A stretch of DNA of 33,830 nt. Source: a virus. Each line of letters starts with the position of its first letter. The stretch's first letter is position 1. The notes under the pieces are model-generated. The model saw only the letters and a program-made list of their open reading frames with translations, made no database searches and was not told the DNA's origin. Shown here in pieces: positions 1 to 7,568 of this stretch. Position numbers and translations under genes: made by a program. The stretch lies in IMG/VR virus record IMGVR_UViG_3300010966_000050. One strand, written 5' to 3'.

Positions 1-55
1 AAGAAGAAAAAAAAGTTTATCGTAAAAGAAAATAACGATGCACCAAATTAAAATA
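1..55. repeat. Terminal direct repeat, identical to 33776-33830; consistent with the overlap of a circularly closed assembly
   Basis: Base-by-base comparison shows that aagaagaaaaaaaagtttatcgtaaaagaaaataacgatgcaccaaattaaaata occurs at both ends of the window. The repeat spans the stop codon of the 33574-33810 gene and the ATG of the 38-547 gene. Confidence 0.9.
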
Positions 56-547
56 ATTTCTGAATCGGCGACTGAAATAATCAGCGTTGCAGATGCAAAA
101 AATTATATTCGTATTGATACAACTGCGGATGATACCTTATTGGGGTTGATGATTGTTTCTGCTCGTAAACAAGCTGAAAGTTATATCAGCCGTGATATCA
201 TAGCAAAAAATCGTACCTACTACGTTCCTAAAACAGATGGCGAGATTGATTTGCTATTTGGTCCTATTGACGAGGTTAATACGGTAACGGTAAAAGGTGC
301 TACTGCTGAATACACAACACTAGGTCTTGATGACTTAACGGTTGTGTTAAACGCTGGTCCTGCTGTTAACGTAGAAATCAATTACGATACAACAGGAATG
401 AGTGATGGCCTATTAAAGCAAGTTTTATTGCAAATGGTTTCATCGCTTTACGATAATCGTACAGACTACGTTCAAGGCATTACGGTTAACGAATTGCCTA
501 GCAACTTCCGCAGAATTTTAGACGGCTATAAATACATGTTTATATAA
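38..547 (+). CDS. Head-tail connector (gp6-like, DNA-packaging/QLRG-type adaptor)
   Basis: ATG start. The N-terminal pattern ISVADAKNYIRID..DDTLLGLMIVSARKQAESYISRDI is typical of gp6-like head-tail connector proteins. The gene lies just downstream of the capsid gene. Confidence 0.75.
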   Translation: MHQIKIISESATEIISVADAKNYIRIDTTADDTLLGLMIVSARKQAESYISRDIIAKNRTYYVPKTDGEIDLLFGPIDEVNTVTVKGATAEYTTLGLDDLTVVLNAGPAVNVEINYDTTGMSDGLLKQVLLQMVSSLYDNRTDYVQGITVNELPSNFRRILDGYKYMFI

Positions 548-891
548 TGAACAACGACGCATCAATACTAAAACAACGAGTGATTGTCAAACGATTAGTT
601 AAGACTTCGGATGGCTACGGTGGTACAAGTGTAACAAGCAAGACCACTATCGGCACGTATTGGTGTCGTGTTCAAGAAACATCAGGAAAAATAGATGCTA
701 AAAATGGCATCCGTTTGCACGAGGTTCAGATTGAACTAATTATGCGCAAGCCAACGTCTGATTTAATTCAGACCGAAGACATATTACAAGTTGAAGGTGC
801 TTCTGCTGAATACCGTTTAAACACCTTATTTCAGACCTTTGAAAACTTTTGGGTAAAAGCTACGCTAACTAAAATTGGCAATGAAAACTGA
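547..891 (+). CDS. Head closure / head-tail joining protein (SPP1 gp16-like)
   Basis: TAATG overlap with the upstream gene. The protein is 114 aa. The pattern LKQRVIV.....SDGYGG......TIGTYWCRVQETSGKI is typical of this family. Synteny supports the call. Confidence 0.7.
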   Translation: MNNDASILKQRVIVKRLVKTSDGYGGTSVTSKTTIGTYWCRVQETSGKIDAKNGIRLHEVQIELIMRKPTSDLIQTEDILQVEGASAEYRLNTLFQTFENFWVKATLTKIGNEN

Positions 892-1327
892 AATTAAAAT
901 TGACCCAAAGGCATTAGCTAAACTTCGCCGTACATTAAAAGAATTGGAACAATTAAGCAAGCAAGAATTATCAAATGAACTTGGTGTTACTGCGCTTAAT
1001 ATGGTTGGTAGAATGCAAAGAAGTGTCGTAAAAGATACTGGTAAGTTGGCTCAACAGATTAGAGCACAGCGAATAGGTGTTTATCGTATTGAGGTTGTAG
1101 CTGATACACCTTATGCAGCTTATGTTGAATTTGGAACAGGTAGATTTGTTGACCTTTCAAATTTAAAGCCATTAGGGATACCTAAAACGTATGCTGAACA
1201 ATTTAAAGGTAAGGGATTGCGTAAAGTTAATTTAACGGCTCGTCCTTATTTCTTTACTTCGGCAACGTCTGAATTTAAGGAGTTACAAAAGAGATTAGAA
1301 AATAGAATTAAAAATATAATCAGGTAA
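881..1327 (+). CDS. HK97 gp10-like tail-completion / neck protein
   Basis: The TPYAAYVEFGTG motif is characteristic of the HK97 gp10 family. I prefer the ATG at 881 to the TTG at 875 used by the ORF track. Confidence 0.7.
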   Translation: MKTEIKIDPKALAKLRRTLKELEQLSKQELSNELGVTALNMVGRMQRSVVKDTGKLAQQIRAQRIGVYRIEVVADTPYAAYVEFGTGRFVDLSNLKPLGIPKTYAEQFKGKGLRKVNLTARPYFFTSATSEFKELQKRLENRIKNIIR

Positions 1328-1776
1328 TGTTAACAGCTATACATTTTATTCGCAAGGCGATAATTACACGATTGACTGGCACCGTTTTATTAAATAGCGT
1401 TGCAGTTCCTGTTTATAACCGTGTGCCATCAACAGCCACGTTTCCATATATGAATGTTTATTCTTTGACTTCAAACGAAACTGATTTCAACGCAGATTCA
1501 TTTATTGAAGAAACAAGAACAAGAATCGAAATCGTTACTAGGTTTCAAGGAGATTCGGGTGGTGAGTTGCAAGCAAATCTTGCAATAAGCCAAATTTTAA
1601 ATTTAATCCGCACAAGGTCAGCTGGTTATTTCGACCTTTCAGCAGACGGATTCAATGTTTTTACCTGCGTAAACGAAGGAGTGCAATATTTTCAGGATGA
1701 AGATGCTGACTACACTTATTTTCGTGCTATTTTAGAGGTGTCAAACAAGATACAACAATTAAGCAATGGAGATTAA
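1327..1776 (+). CDS. Tail terminator-like protein (DUF3168-like)
   Basis: TAATG overlap. The protein is 149 aa. The N-terminal pattern IRKAIITRLTG....NSVAVPVYNRVP....FPYM resembles tail-terminator/completion proteins. The position follows the gp10-like gene. Confidence 0.55.
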   Translation: MLTAIHFIRKAIITRLTGTVLLNSVAVPVYNRVPSTATFPYMNVYSLTSNETDFNADSFIEETRTRIEIVTRFQGDSGGELQANLAISQILNLIRTRSAGYFDLSADGFNVFTCVNEGVQYFQDEDADYTYFRAILEVSNKIQQLSNGD

Positions 1777-2038
1777 TGATGCTATATATGGAGCCGGTGG
1801 CGGTGTAATTGGTTCAATTACTACTTGGATTTTAGGTAAGAAAAAAGAAACAGCTGATATAAGCACGATTCAACTAGAAGCAAGTCAAAAGGTAATTGAT
1901 ATGGTTACGACTATGAATGACCGGTTGGAAGCAAAAGTAAACGAACTGAGCAAAAAGGTAGATGAGTTAACCGAAGAAGTGATTCACCTGCGTCAAGAAA
2001 ATAGCAAATTAAAATCCGGTAGAACACCGAAAAGTTAA
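1766..2038 (+). CDS. Putative holin: single N-terminal TMD plus a charged coiled-coil tail
   Basis: Hydrophobic Gly-rich segment YGAGGGVIGSITTWILG followed by KKKE and a heptad-like region. The gene lies immediately upstream of the endolysin and is coupled to it by a TAATG overlap. Confidence 0.4.
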   Translation: MEINDAIYGAGGGVIGSITTWILGKKKETADISTIQLEASQKVIDMVTTMNDRLEAKVNELSKKVDELTEEVIHLRQENSKLKSGRTPKS

Positions 2039-2526
2039 TGAAAGACGGCAAAACCTTAGAAAGGATACAGCTACTTCATCCTCGTTTAAGAGCAGAGGCA
2101 GACAAAATTTATTCTGAAATCGCATTGGCATTAACAGGCCGTGCGATTTGTCGTTTCTCTTATACGCTAAGAACTTTTGCAGAACAAGATGAACTTTATG
2201 CACAGGGCCGTACAAAAGCAGGCAAGAAAGTAACTAATGCAAAAGGTAGTGATTCATATCATAACTACGGACTTGCCGTTGACATTGTTTTAATCAAAGA
2301 TGGTAAAGTTGCACTTTGGGACACTAAATCAGATTTTGATGGTGATAGCAAATCAGATTGGATGGAGTGTGTTGCTATCTTTAAAAAATACGGATGGGAT
2401 TGGGGTGGAGAATGGAAATTTGTGGATGCGCCACATTTTCAAAAATCATTTGGATATACGATTGCAAAATTAAAAGAGTTGAAAACACGCAGTTTTGTTG
2501 ACTCGAAAGGATACGTTCAAATTTAA
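2038..2526 (+). CDS. Endolysin, peptidase M15 (VanY / L-alanyl-D-glutamate peptidase-like)
   Basis: Zinc-binding signature SYHNYGLAVDI (H-x6-D) together with WGGEW..VDAPHFQ (the distal His). Confidence 0.85.
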   Translation: MKDGKTLERIQLLHPRLRAEADKIYSEIALALTGRAICRFSYTLRTFAEQDELYAQGRTKAGKKVTNAKGSDSYHNYGLAVDIVLIKDGKVALWDTKSDFDGDSKSDWMECVAIFKKYGWDWGGEWKFVDAPHFQKSFGYTIAKLKELKTRSFVDSKGYVQI

Positions 2527-2533
2527 CTAACCA

Positions 2534-2974
2534 ATGAAAAAATCAATTTACCTTTTAGGATTGCTCCTAATTGTTGCATCATGCACGACAAGTAAAAAAA
2601 TCACTACATCATCAGATTACGTTCAGCGAGATACGGTCTACAAAGAATTAATCGTTGAAAAAATTCAAGCAGTTACCGACACATTCTTAATTGACAATCC
2701 TTGTGACACTAGTGGCCTATTATCTTCGTTTTACAAGCGAATTTCAGCAAGGCAGGGTGATGTTATCATCGAAGGCAAAAAAGGCAAGCTACGGGCAGAA
2801 ATCAAGTACTATCCGTTCGTTTTATCAGACTCTAAACAATATCAAGTAAGGTATATCACTAAAACGGTTTACAAGGAAAAAGAAACGACTAAAAAAGACA
2901 TTACACCATACATTGTTTTAGTCATCATTATAGCTTTGTTTTTATACATCAGATTGAGCCGTATTTCTTTATAA
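2534..2974 (+). CDS. Unimolecular-spanin-like protein: N-terminal lipoprotein signal plus C-terminal TMD
   Basis: MKKSIYLLGLLLIVASC carries a lipobox (VASC, Cys17). The C-terminal hydrophobic helix is PYIVLVIIIALFLYI, followed by RLSR. The gene lies directly after the endolysin. Confidence 0.55.
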   Translation: MKKSIYLLGLLLIVASCTTSKKITTSSDYVQRDTVYKELIVEKIQAVTDTFLIDNPCDTSGLLSSFYKRISARQGDVIIEGKKGKLRAEIKYYPFVLSDSKQYQVRYITKTVYKEKETTKKDITPYIVLVIIIALFLYIRLSRISL

Positions 2975-3001
2975 ATTGCATAAAATTAAAAGCATCCTAT
3001 T

Positions 3002-6000
3002 ATGGCTACATTAACCGGAAAATTAGTTGCGGAAACATATAAAGCGTTATTAAAATTAATTGATAACGACGTAATTACCGGTTCAGAAAAGCAGATTTCG
3101 GACGGATTAGGAGGTTCAACCGGTGTATTTATTGACACTAATGGCTTTATGCGTGCATCAAAGTTCATTGTAACCGGAGGCAATTCAGGACAATTTTTAA
3201 AAGGTGATGGTTCGTTAGATGGTACAGGATATTTACCGGTTGGAACTACAACATCAGCTATCGCAGAAGGTTCTCGTTTATATTTTACACAAGCTCGTGT
3301 ACTTGAAACGGTATTAACAGGATTTGTTAGCACCGAAGGAACGGTCACGGCAGCCGATAGTATTTTATCAGCCATCAACAAAATTTGGTGGAACATTGAA
3401 AACGGTGGTGGAGGCGGTGGTGGTTATGTGCCATATACAGGTGCAACACAGAATTTAAATTTAGGTACATACGGACTTATTTCAGATTACATTCAATTCA
3501 ATTTGTCACCAACATCAATTCCAACAACAGCTGGAACGATGTCATGGAATGCAGCAGATGGAACGGCTGACCTTAAAATGGGAGGCGCAAACGTTACTTT
3601 GCAAGTGGGCCAAGAGGAGTTGGTACGTGTTGTAAATAAAACAGGTGCCAATTTATTAGAGGCAAATTATCAAGCAGTTAGGATTTCAGGAGCGCAAGGA
3701 AACAGATTAAAAGTGTCATTAGCCAAAGCAGATAATGATGCAAATTCTGCCGATACGATTGGATTGGTGACTGAAACAATAAACAACAATCAGGAAGGAT
3801 TTGTAACAGCGGTTGGATTAGTTAGAAACATTGATACGACAGGTGATTTACAAGGCGAAACGTGGGCAGATGGTGAACCGTTATATTTAAGTGCAACAAC
3901 AGCTGGTGTTATTACAAATATAAAACCACAAGCACCTGAACACGGGGTTCGTTTAGGTTACGTTGTACGTGCGCATCAAACACAGGGCCAAATTTATGTC
4001 AAGGTTGATAATGGGTATGAATTAGATGAATTGCACAATGTACTAATCACCGACCCATTAGATGAGGATGTATTGTTTTACGATGGTGTTGAAGGTCTTT
4101 GGATTAATAAGAATATTTATTCAGCAATCAATGCGACAGATGTAGGTAAGTCATTACTTGGCATTTTAAATGCTGAGGATACCATACCAGTAACGACAAA
4201 GCCAAGAGGCATTCGGATAAATGTTGACAATACGGTCAGCGCATTGGATGTCGGCACACAGGGATTTTTGCCATTTTACGATGAAACAGATTTTTACATT
4301 GATTCACCTGTATTTACAGATGGAACGCAGGTAATTATCGGTGATGATGTAGAGTTTGCCACAGGCAATAAATTATCAGTTGTTGGTAATTTGGCTGTTG
4401 ATGGTGCATACGGATACCATTTAGGAACGTATCAGGTTTTATACCGATATAACGCAACAGGTGAACTAAGATTTGGAACCAATGCAGCGAATGATTTTAC
4501 CACGTTTTTTGCCAATGGTATTGAACGTGCAAGATTAAACGCATCAGGATTTTTAGGTGTTGGGGTTTCAAATCCCGCATCAATGATACACGCAAAGGCC
4601 ACAACGGCATATCCTAAAATCATAATTGACAATGCCAGCGCATCAGGTGGTGGTATGTTTAGTGCATATCAGAATGGCACAGAAACGGCCTTATTCGGAG
4701 TTTCAGGTGCGTGGCTTATAGATAACACATCTGATGTTGCAATCGTGGCTGCACGGGCAGGTCAAGGTATTCAATATTTTACCAACGGCAGCACATCTGA
4801 AAAGATGGGATTAAATGCTGATGGTAATTTATATATTGGTCAAACACCTACGTTTGTCGCAGGCGCAACACAGGCGGTAGTGAGAGGTAAAACGGGTGCT
4901 GCATTCTTAGGTGTTCAGCATTACGATATGTCAATCAAAGGTTCAATCAACACATTCAATAGTGTGTTTCAGGTTGGAACATCGACATTTCATTCAGTTG
5001 CTGTAATCGTTGAAGATACAGAACGTGCAAGGTTTAATTCAGGTGGCCGTTTTTTATTAGGAACAACGACAGATAATACCACGGATATTTTTCAAGCTAA
5101 CGGCTCAATTATTGCCACAGCGATTAAGAAAACAGGCGGTACATCAGCGCAGTTTTTAAAAGCTGATGGTAGTGTGGATTCAACAGCTTACGGCACAGGT
5201 TCAGTTACATCAGTTGCTGCAACGGTTCCAACAGGTTTTGCCATTTCAGGTTCACCAATTACAACATCGGGAACTTTGGCCATTACTTTTGCATCAGGTT
5301 ACTCATTACCAACAACGGTTAAGCAATCCAATTGGGATGATGCGTATTCGTGGGTTGCTGCATTCCCAACACAAACAGGTAATTCAGGTAAATATTTAAC
5401 CACAGATGGTTCATCGTTAAGCTGGGGAACAATCGTTGCAGGTGTCAGTTCATTTAACACAAGAACAGGGGCCATTACATTAGTTAGTACGGATGTAATA
5501 AATGCATTGGGTTACACACCTGTGACTAATGCACGTACAATTACAATCAACGGAACAACACAAGATTTATCAGCCAATATTACGTTTACAACAGGCGGTG
5601 TCACATCGTTTAATACACGTGATGGGGCCGTAACATTAAGCAGTTCGGATGTAACCACAGCATTAGGATTTACACCTGTAACACAAGCACGTTCATTAAG
5701 CATAAACGGGCAGGCTTACGATTTGTCAGCTGATAGAAGTTGGACAATCACACCAAGTTCAGGGATGCGTAACGTAACAAGTTACACAGCAACGGCAGGA
5801 CAGACTACATTTACAATTACAGGTGGTTACACGGTTGGTTTACTTGATGTATTCCTGAATGGTGTGCGTATTCCTGAATCTGATTTTACAGCTACAAATG
5901 GAACTACGGTTGTATTTAATGAAGGTGTCAAGGCAGGTGATATTGTAACGGCTGTACTTTACACAGCAAGTGCAACATCGGGCATTACAGGTGCAGGAAC

Positions 6001-7567
6001 AGGAAATTATTTGGCTAAGTGGTCAGGAACCAGCGCAATTACCAATTCAATTTTATTTGACAATGGTACAAATGTTGGTATTGGTACAACGACACCAAGT
6101 GCTTTATTAGAAGTTAAAAATAGCACAAGTTCAATAATTAAAAATACTGCTGGCACACGTTCTCTTACATTAGAATCATATGCATCAGATTGGAATTATT
6201 TAGTTTCTGTTGGAAATAATTTAGGTTTAAATGTTAATGGAGCATTTTCAATAGTTCTCAATACTAATAGTGGCGAACGAATGAGAATAACGAGTACAGG
6301 AGCAGTAGGTATTGGAACAAGTTCACCAACTTTTGCAGATGGAACAGGATTACATATTAATAATAATTCAGGTTCATCACGTTTAAGATTAACCAATAAT
6401 ACTACGGGGGGAACTGCAACTGATGGTTCTGAATTTACTCTTGCTGGCAGTGATTTGTATGTCATTAATAATGAAAATGCAAATATGTTTTTTTTCACAA
6501 ATGGCAGCGAACGTTTAAGAATTACAGCAACAGGAAATTTAGGAATTAATACAACATCATTTAGTGGTTTTGGTTCAAGATTACAAATGATAATGAGAGG
6601 TGATTCAACATCAGGTGTATCTGTATTTCAAGTTATAAGTTATGATTCAGCATCATCTATGGCTTTATTTTCAGGGGCCAATTCATCTGATGCTCCTGCA
6701 ATTATATATCAAAGGGATTTAAGATTTGGTTCTGCTACTGATAGCGGATTAACAGGATACACAGACCGTATGCGAATTACTGCTGCTGGCAACGTAGGTA
6801 TTGGAACGACATCGCCAACATACAAATTTGAAGTTGCCAATGCAGGGCAAAATTTTATAAGATTTAGCAATACAGCATCAAGCGCAGATGTTGGTATATA
6901 TTTGACAAATACAGCTGTCAATGGTTATTTTGGGATAAACGCATCTGAGGCTTATATTTATACAGCAACAAGCCATCCAATATTATTCTATACTGCAACA
7001 GCAGAACGTATGAGAGTTGGAGTAAATGGTAATGTTTTAATTGGTTCATCAACAGATAGAGGAGGTTATACATTTCAAGTTTCAGGTATTATTGGTGCAT
7101 TTGGAAATGCAGGAAGTTTGTTATTCCAAAACAGAAATGGTACCAATACTTATGAATGGTATGCAGTTAACAGCACAATTTATGTTTATAGTAATTCATC
7201 ATCATCTAATATTTTGCAAATAAATGGTTCAAATGGTGCTTATTCAGCATTATCAGATGTTAATAAAAAGAAAGATTTTGAGCAGTCAAATTTAGGTTTA
7301 AATGAAATTTTACAATTAAAACCTACATTATACCGTTTTAAAACAGATGATAAATTTGCTAAAAAAGAACTTGGATTTATAGCGCAAGAAGTTAGAGAAT
7401 TTTTACCACAGGCATACGTTGAATCTGAGAAATTTATAGGATTAAATTATCAAGCAATTACGGCTGCATCTGTTAAAGCAATTCAGGAATTAGATTACAA
7501 ATTTGAAACGCAAGCCGAAAAAATAGCACGATTAGAAACAAGAGTACAACAATTAGAAGCCAAATAA
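3002..7567 (+). CDS. Tail fibre protein 1 (1521 aa) with a C-terminal S74 intramolecular chaperone domain
   Basis: Gly hinge GGGGGGG. Repeated ER.RI...GNVGIGT..P motifs. FLK.DGS motifs. A tandem 52-aa repeat. The C-terminus carries the S74 pattern SDVNKK..........LKPTLYRFK.......ELGFIAQEV plus a terminal coiled coil. Confidence 0.9.
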   Translation: MATLTGKLVAETYKALLKLIDNDVITGSEKQISDGLGGSTGVFIDTNGFMRASKFIVTGGNSGQFLKGDGSLDGTGYLPVGTTTSAIAEGSRLYFTQARVLETVLTGFVSTEGTVTAADSILSAINKIWWNIENGGGGGGGYVPYTGATQNLNLGTYGLISDYIQFNLSPTSIPTTAGTMSWNAADGTADLKMGGANVTLQVGQEELVRVVNKTGANLLEANYQAVRISGAQGNRLKVSLAKADNDANSADTIGLVTETINNNQEGFVTAVGLVRNIDTTGDLQGETWADGEPLYLSATTAGVITNIKPQAPEHGVRLGYVVRAHQTQGQIYVKVDNGYELDELHNVLITDPLDEDVLFYDGVEGLWINKNIYSAINATDVGKSLLGILNAEDTIPVTTKPRGIRINVDNTVSALDVGTQGFLPFYDETDFYIDSPVFTDGTQVIIGDDVEFATGNKLSVVGNLAVDGAYGYHLGTYQVLYRYNATGELRFGTNAANDFTTFFANGIERARLNASGFLGVGVSNPASMIHAKATTAYPKIIIDNASASGGGMFSAYQNGTETALFGVSGAWLIDNTSDVAIVAARAGQGIQYFTNGSTSEKMGLNADGNLYIGQTPTFVAGATQAVVRGKTGAAFLGVQHYDMSIKGSINTFNSVFQVGTSTFHSVAVIVEDTERARFNSGGRFLLGTTTDNTTDIFQANGSIIATAIKKTGGTSAQFLKADGSVDSTAYGTGSVTSVAATVPTGFAISGSPITTSGTLAITFASGYSLPTTVKQSNWDDAYSWVAAFPTQTGNSGKYLTTDGSSLSWGTIVAGVSSFNTRTGAITLVSTDVINALGYTPVTNARTITINGTTQDLSANITFTTGGVTSFNTRDGAVTLSSSDVTTALGFTPVTQARSLSINGQAYDLSADRSWTITPSSGMRNVTSYTATAGQTTFTITGGYTVGLLDVFLNGVRIPESDFTATNGTTVVFNEGVKAGDIVTAVLYTASATSGITGAGTGNYLAKWSGTSAITNSILFDNGTNVGIGTTTPSALLEVKNSTSSIIKNTAGTRSLTLESYASDWNYLVSVGNNLGLNVNGAFSIVLNTNSGERMRITSTGAVGIGTSSPTFADGTGLHINNNSGSSRLRLTNNTTGGTATDGSEFTLAGSDLYVINNENANMFFFTNGSERLRITATGNLGINTTSFSGFGSRLQMIMRGDSTSGVSVFQVISYDSASSMALFSGANSSDAPAIIYQRDLRFGSATDSGLTGYTDRMRITAAGNVGIGTTSPTYKFEVANAGQNFIRFSNTASSADVGIYLTNTAVNGYFGINASEAYIYTATSHPILFYTATAERMRVGVNGNVLIGSSTDRGGYTFQVSGIIGAFGNAGSLLFQNRNGTNTYEWYAVNSTIYVYSNSSSSNILQINGSNGAYSALSDVNKKKDFEQSNLGLNEILQLKPTLYRFKTDDKFAKKELGFIAQEVREFLPQAYVESEKFIGLNYQAITAASVKAIQELDYKFETQAEKIARLETRVQQLEAK
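5444..5755 (+). repeat. Tandem 156-nt (52-aa) repeat inside fibre 1
   Basis: VSSFNTRTGAITLVSTDVINALGYTPVTNARTITINGTTQDLSANITFTTGG aligns with VTSFNTRDGAVTLSSSDVTTALGFTPVTQARSLSINGQAYDLSADRSWTITPS. The units start at 5444 and 5600. Confidence 0.8.
7253..7564 (+). other. Peptidase_S74-type intramolecular chaperone / autocleavage domain of fibre 1
   Basis: The last 104 aa begin at Ser of SDVNKKK and include the conserved GFIAQE block and a terminal coiled coil. Confidence 0.75.
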
Positions 7568-7568
7568 G

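Noticed and set aside
1-55. The 55-bp end repeat as a biological direct terminal repeat or cos region.
   Set aside because: It is short and cuts through a stop/start gene junction. It has the form of an assembler overlap on a circular contig. I saw no cos-like palindrome or terminase-binding repeat there. Only read-terminus data could overturn this.
2986-3396. 136-aa minus-strand ORF antisense to the start of fibre gene 1. The same applies to the other minus-strand ORFs in the track: 2009-2215, 4432-4632, 5512-5703, 6196-6498, 6709-6921, 9544-9816, 9897-10088, 12017-12232, 14145-14366, 21716-22267, 24794-25009, 26106-26303, 27052-27270, 28023-28205, 28365-28568, 30844-31050, 31175-31369, 31949-32266, 32453-32680 and 32806-33000.
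   Set aside because: Each lies wholly or almost wholly inside a longer + strand gene that has recognisable motifs or synteny. Their translations are low-complexity or hydrophobic, as expected for antisense shadows. None has a promoter box or an intergenic context of its own. The genome reads as strictly unidirectional.
3404-3424. G-rich tract (ggtggtggaggcggtggtggt) as a possible G-quadruplex or slippage site.
   Set aside because: The G runs are only 2 nt long. The tract simply encodes the GGGGGGG hinge of the fibre. Similar Gly hinges occur in fibre 2.
5166-5399. Alternate-frame + strand ORFs nested in larger genes: 5166-5399, 7041-7223, 14982-15167, 16773-17039 and 18579-18815.
   Set aside because: They overlap genes with clear family signatures (fibre, tail-tip protein, phosphoesterase, Erf). 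Their products are compositionally odd, for example Q/H/L-rich. They carry no independent start signals.
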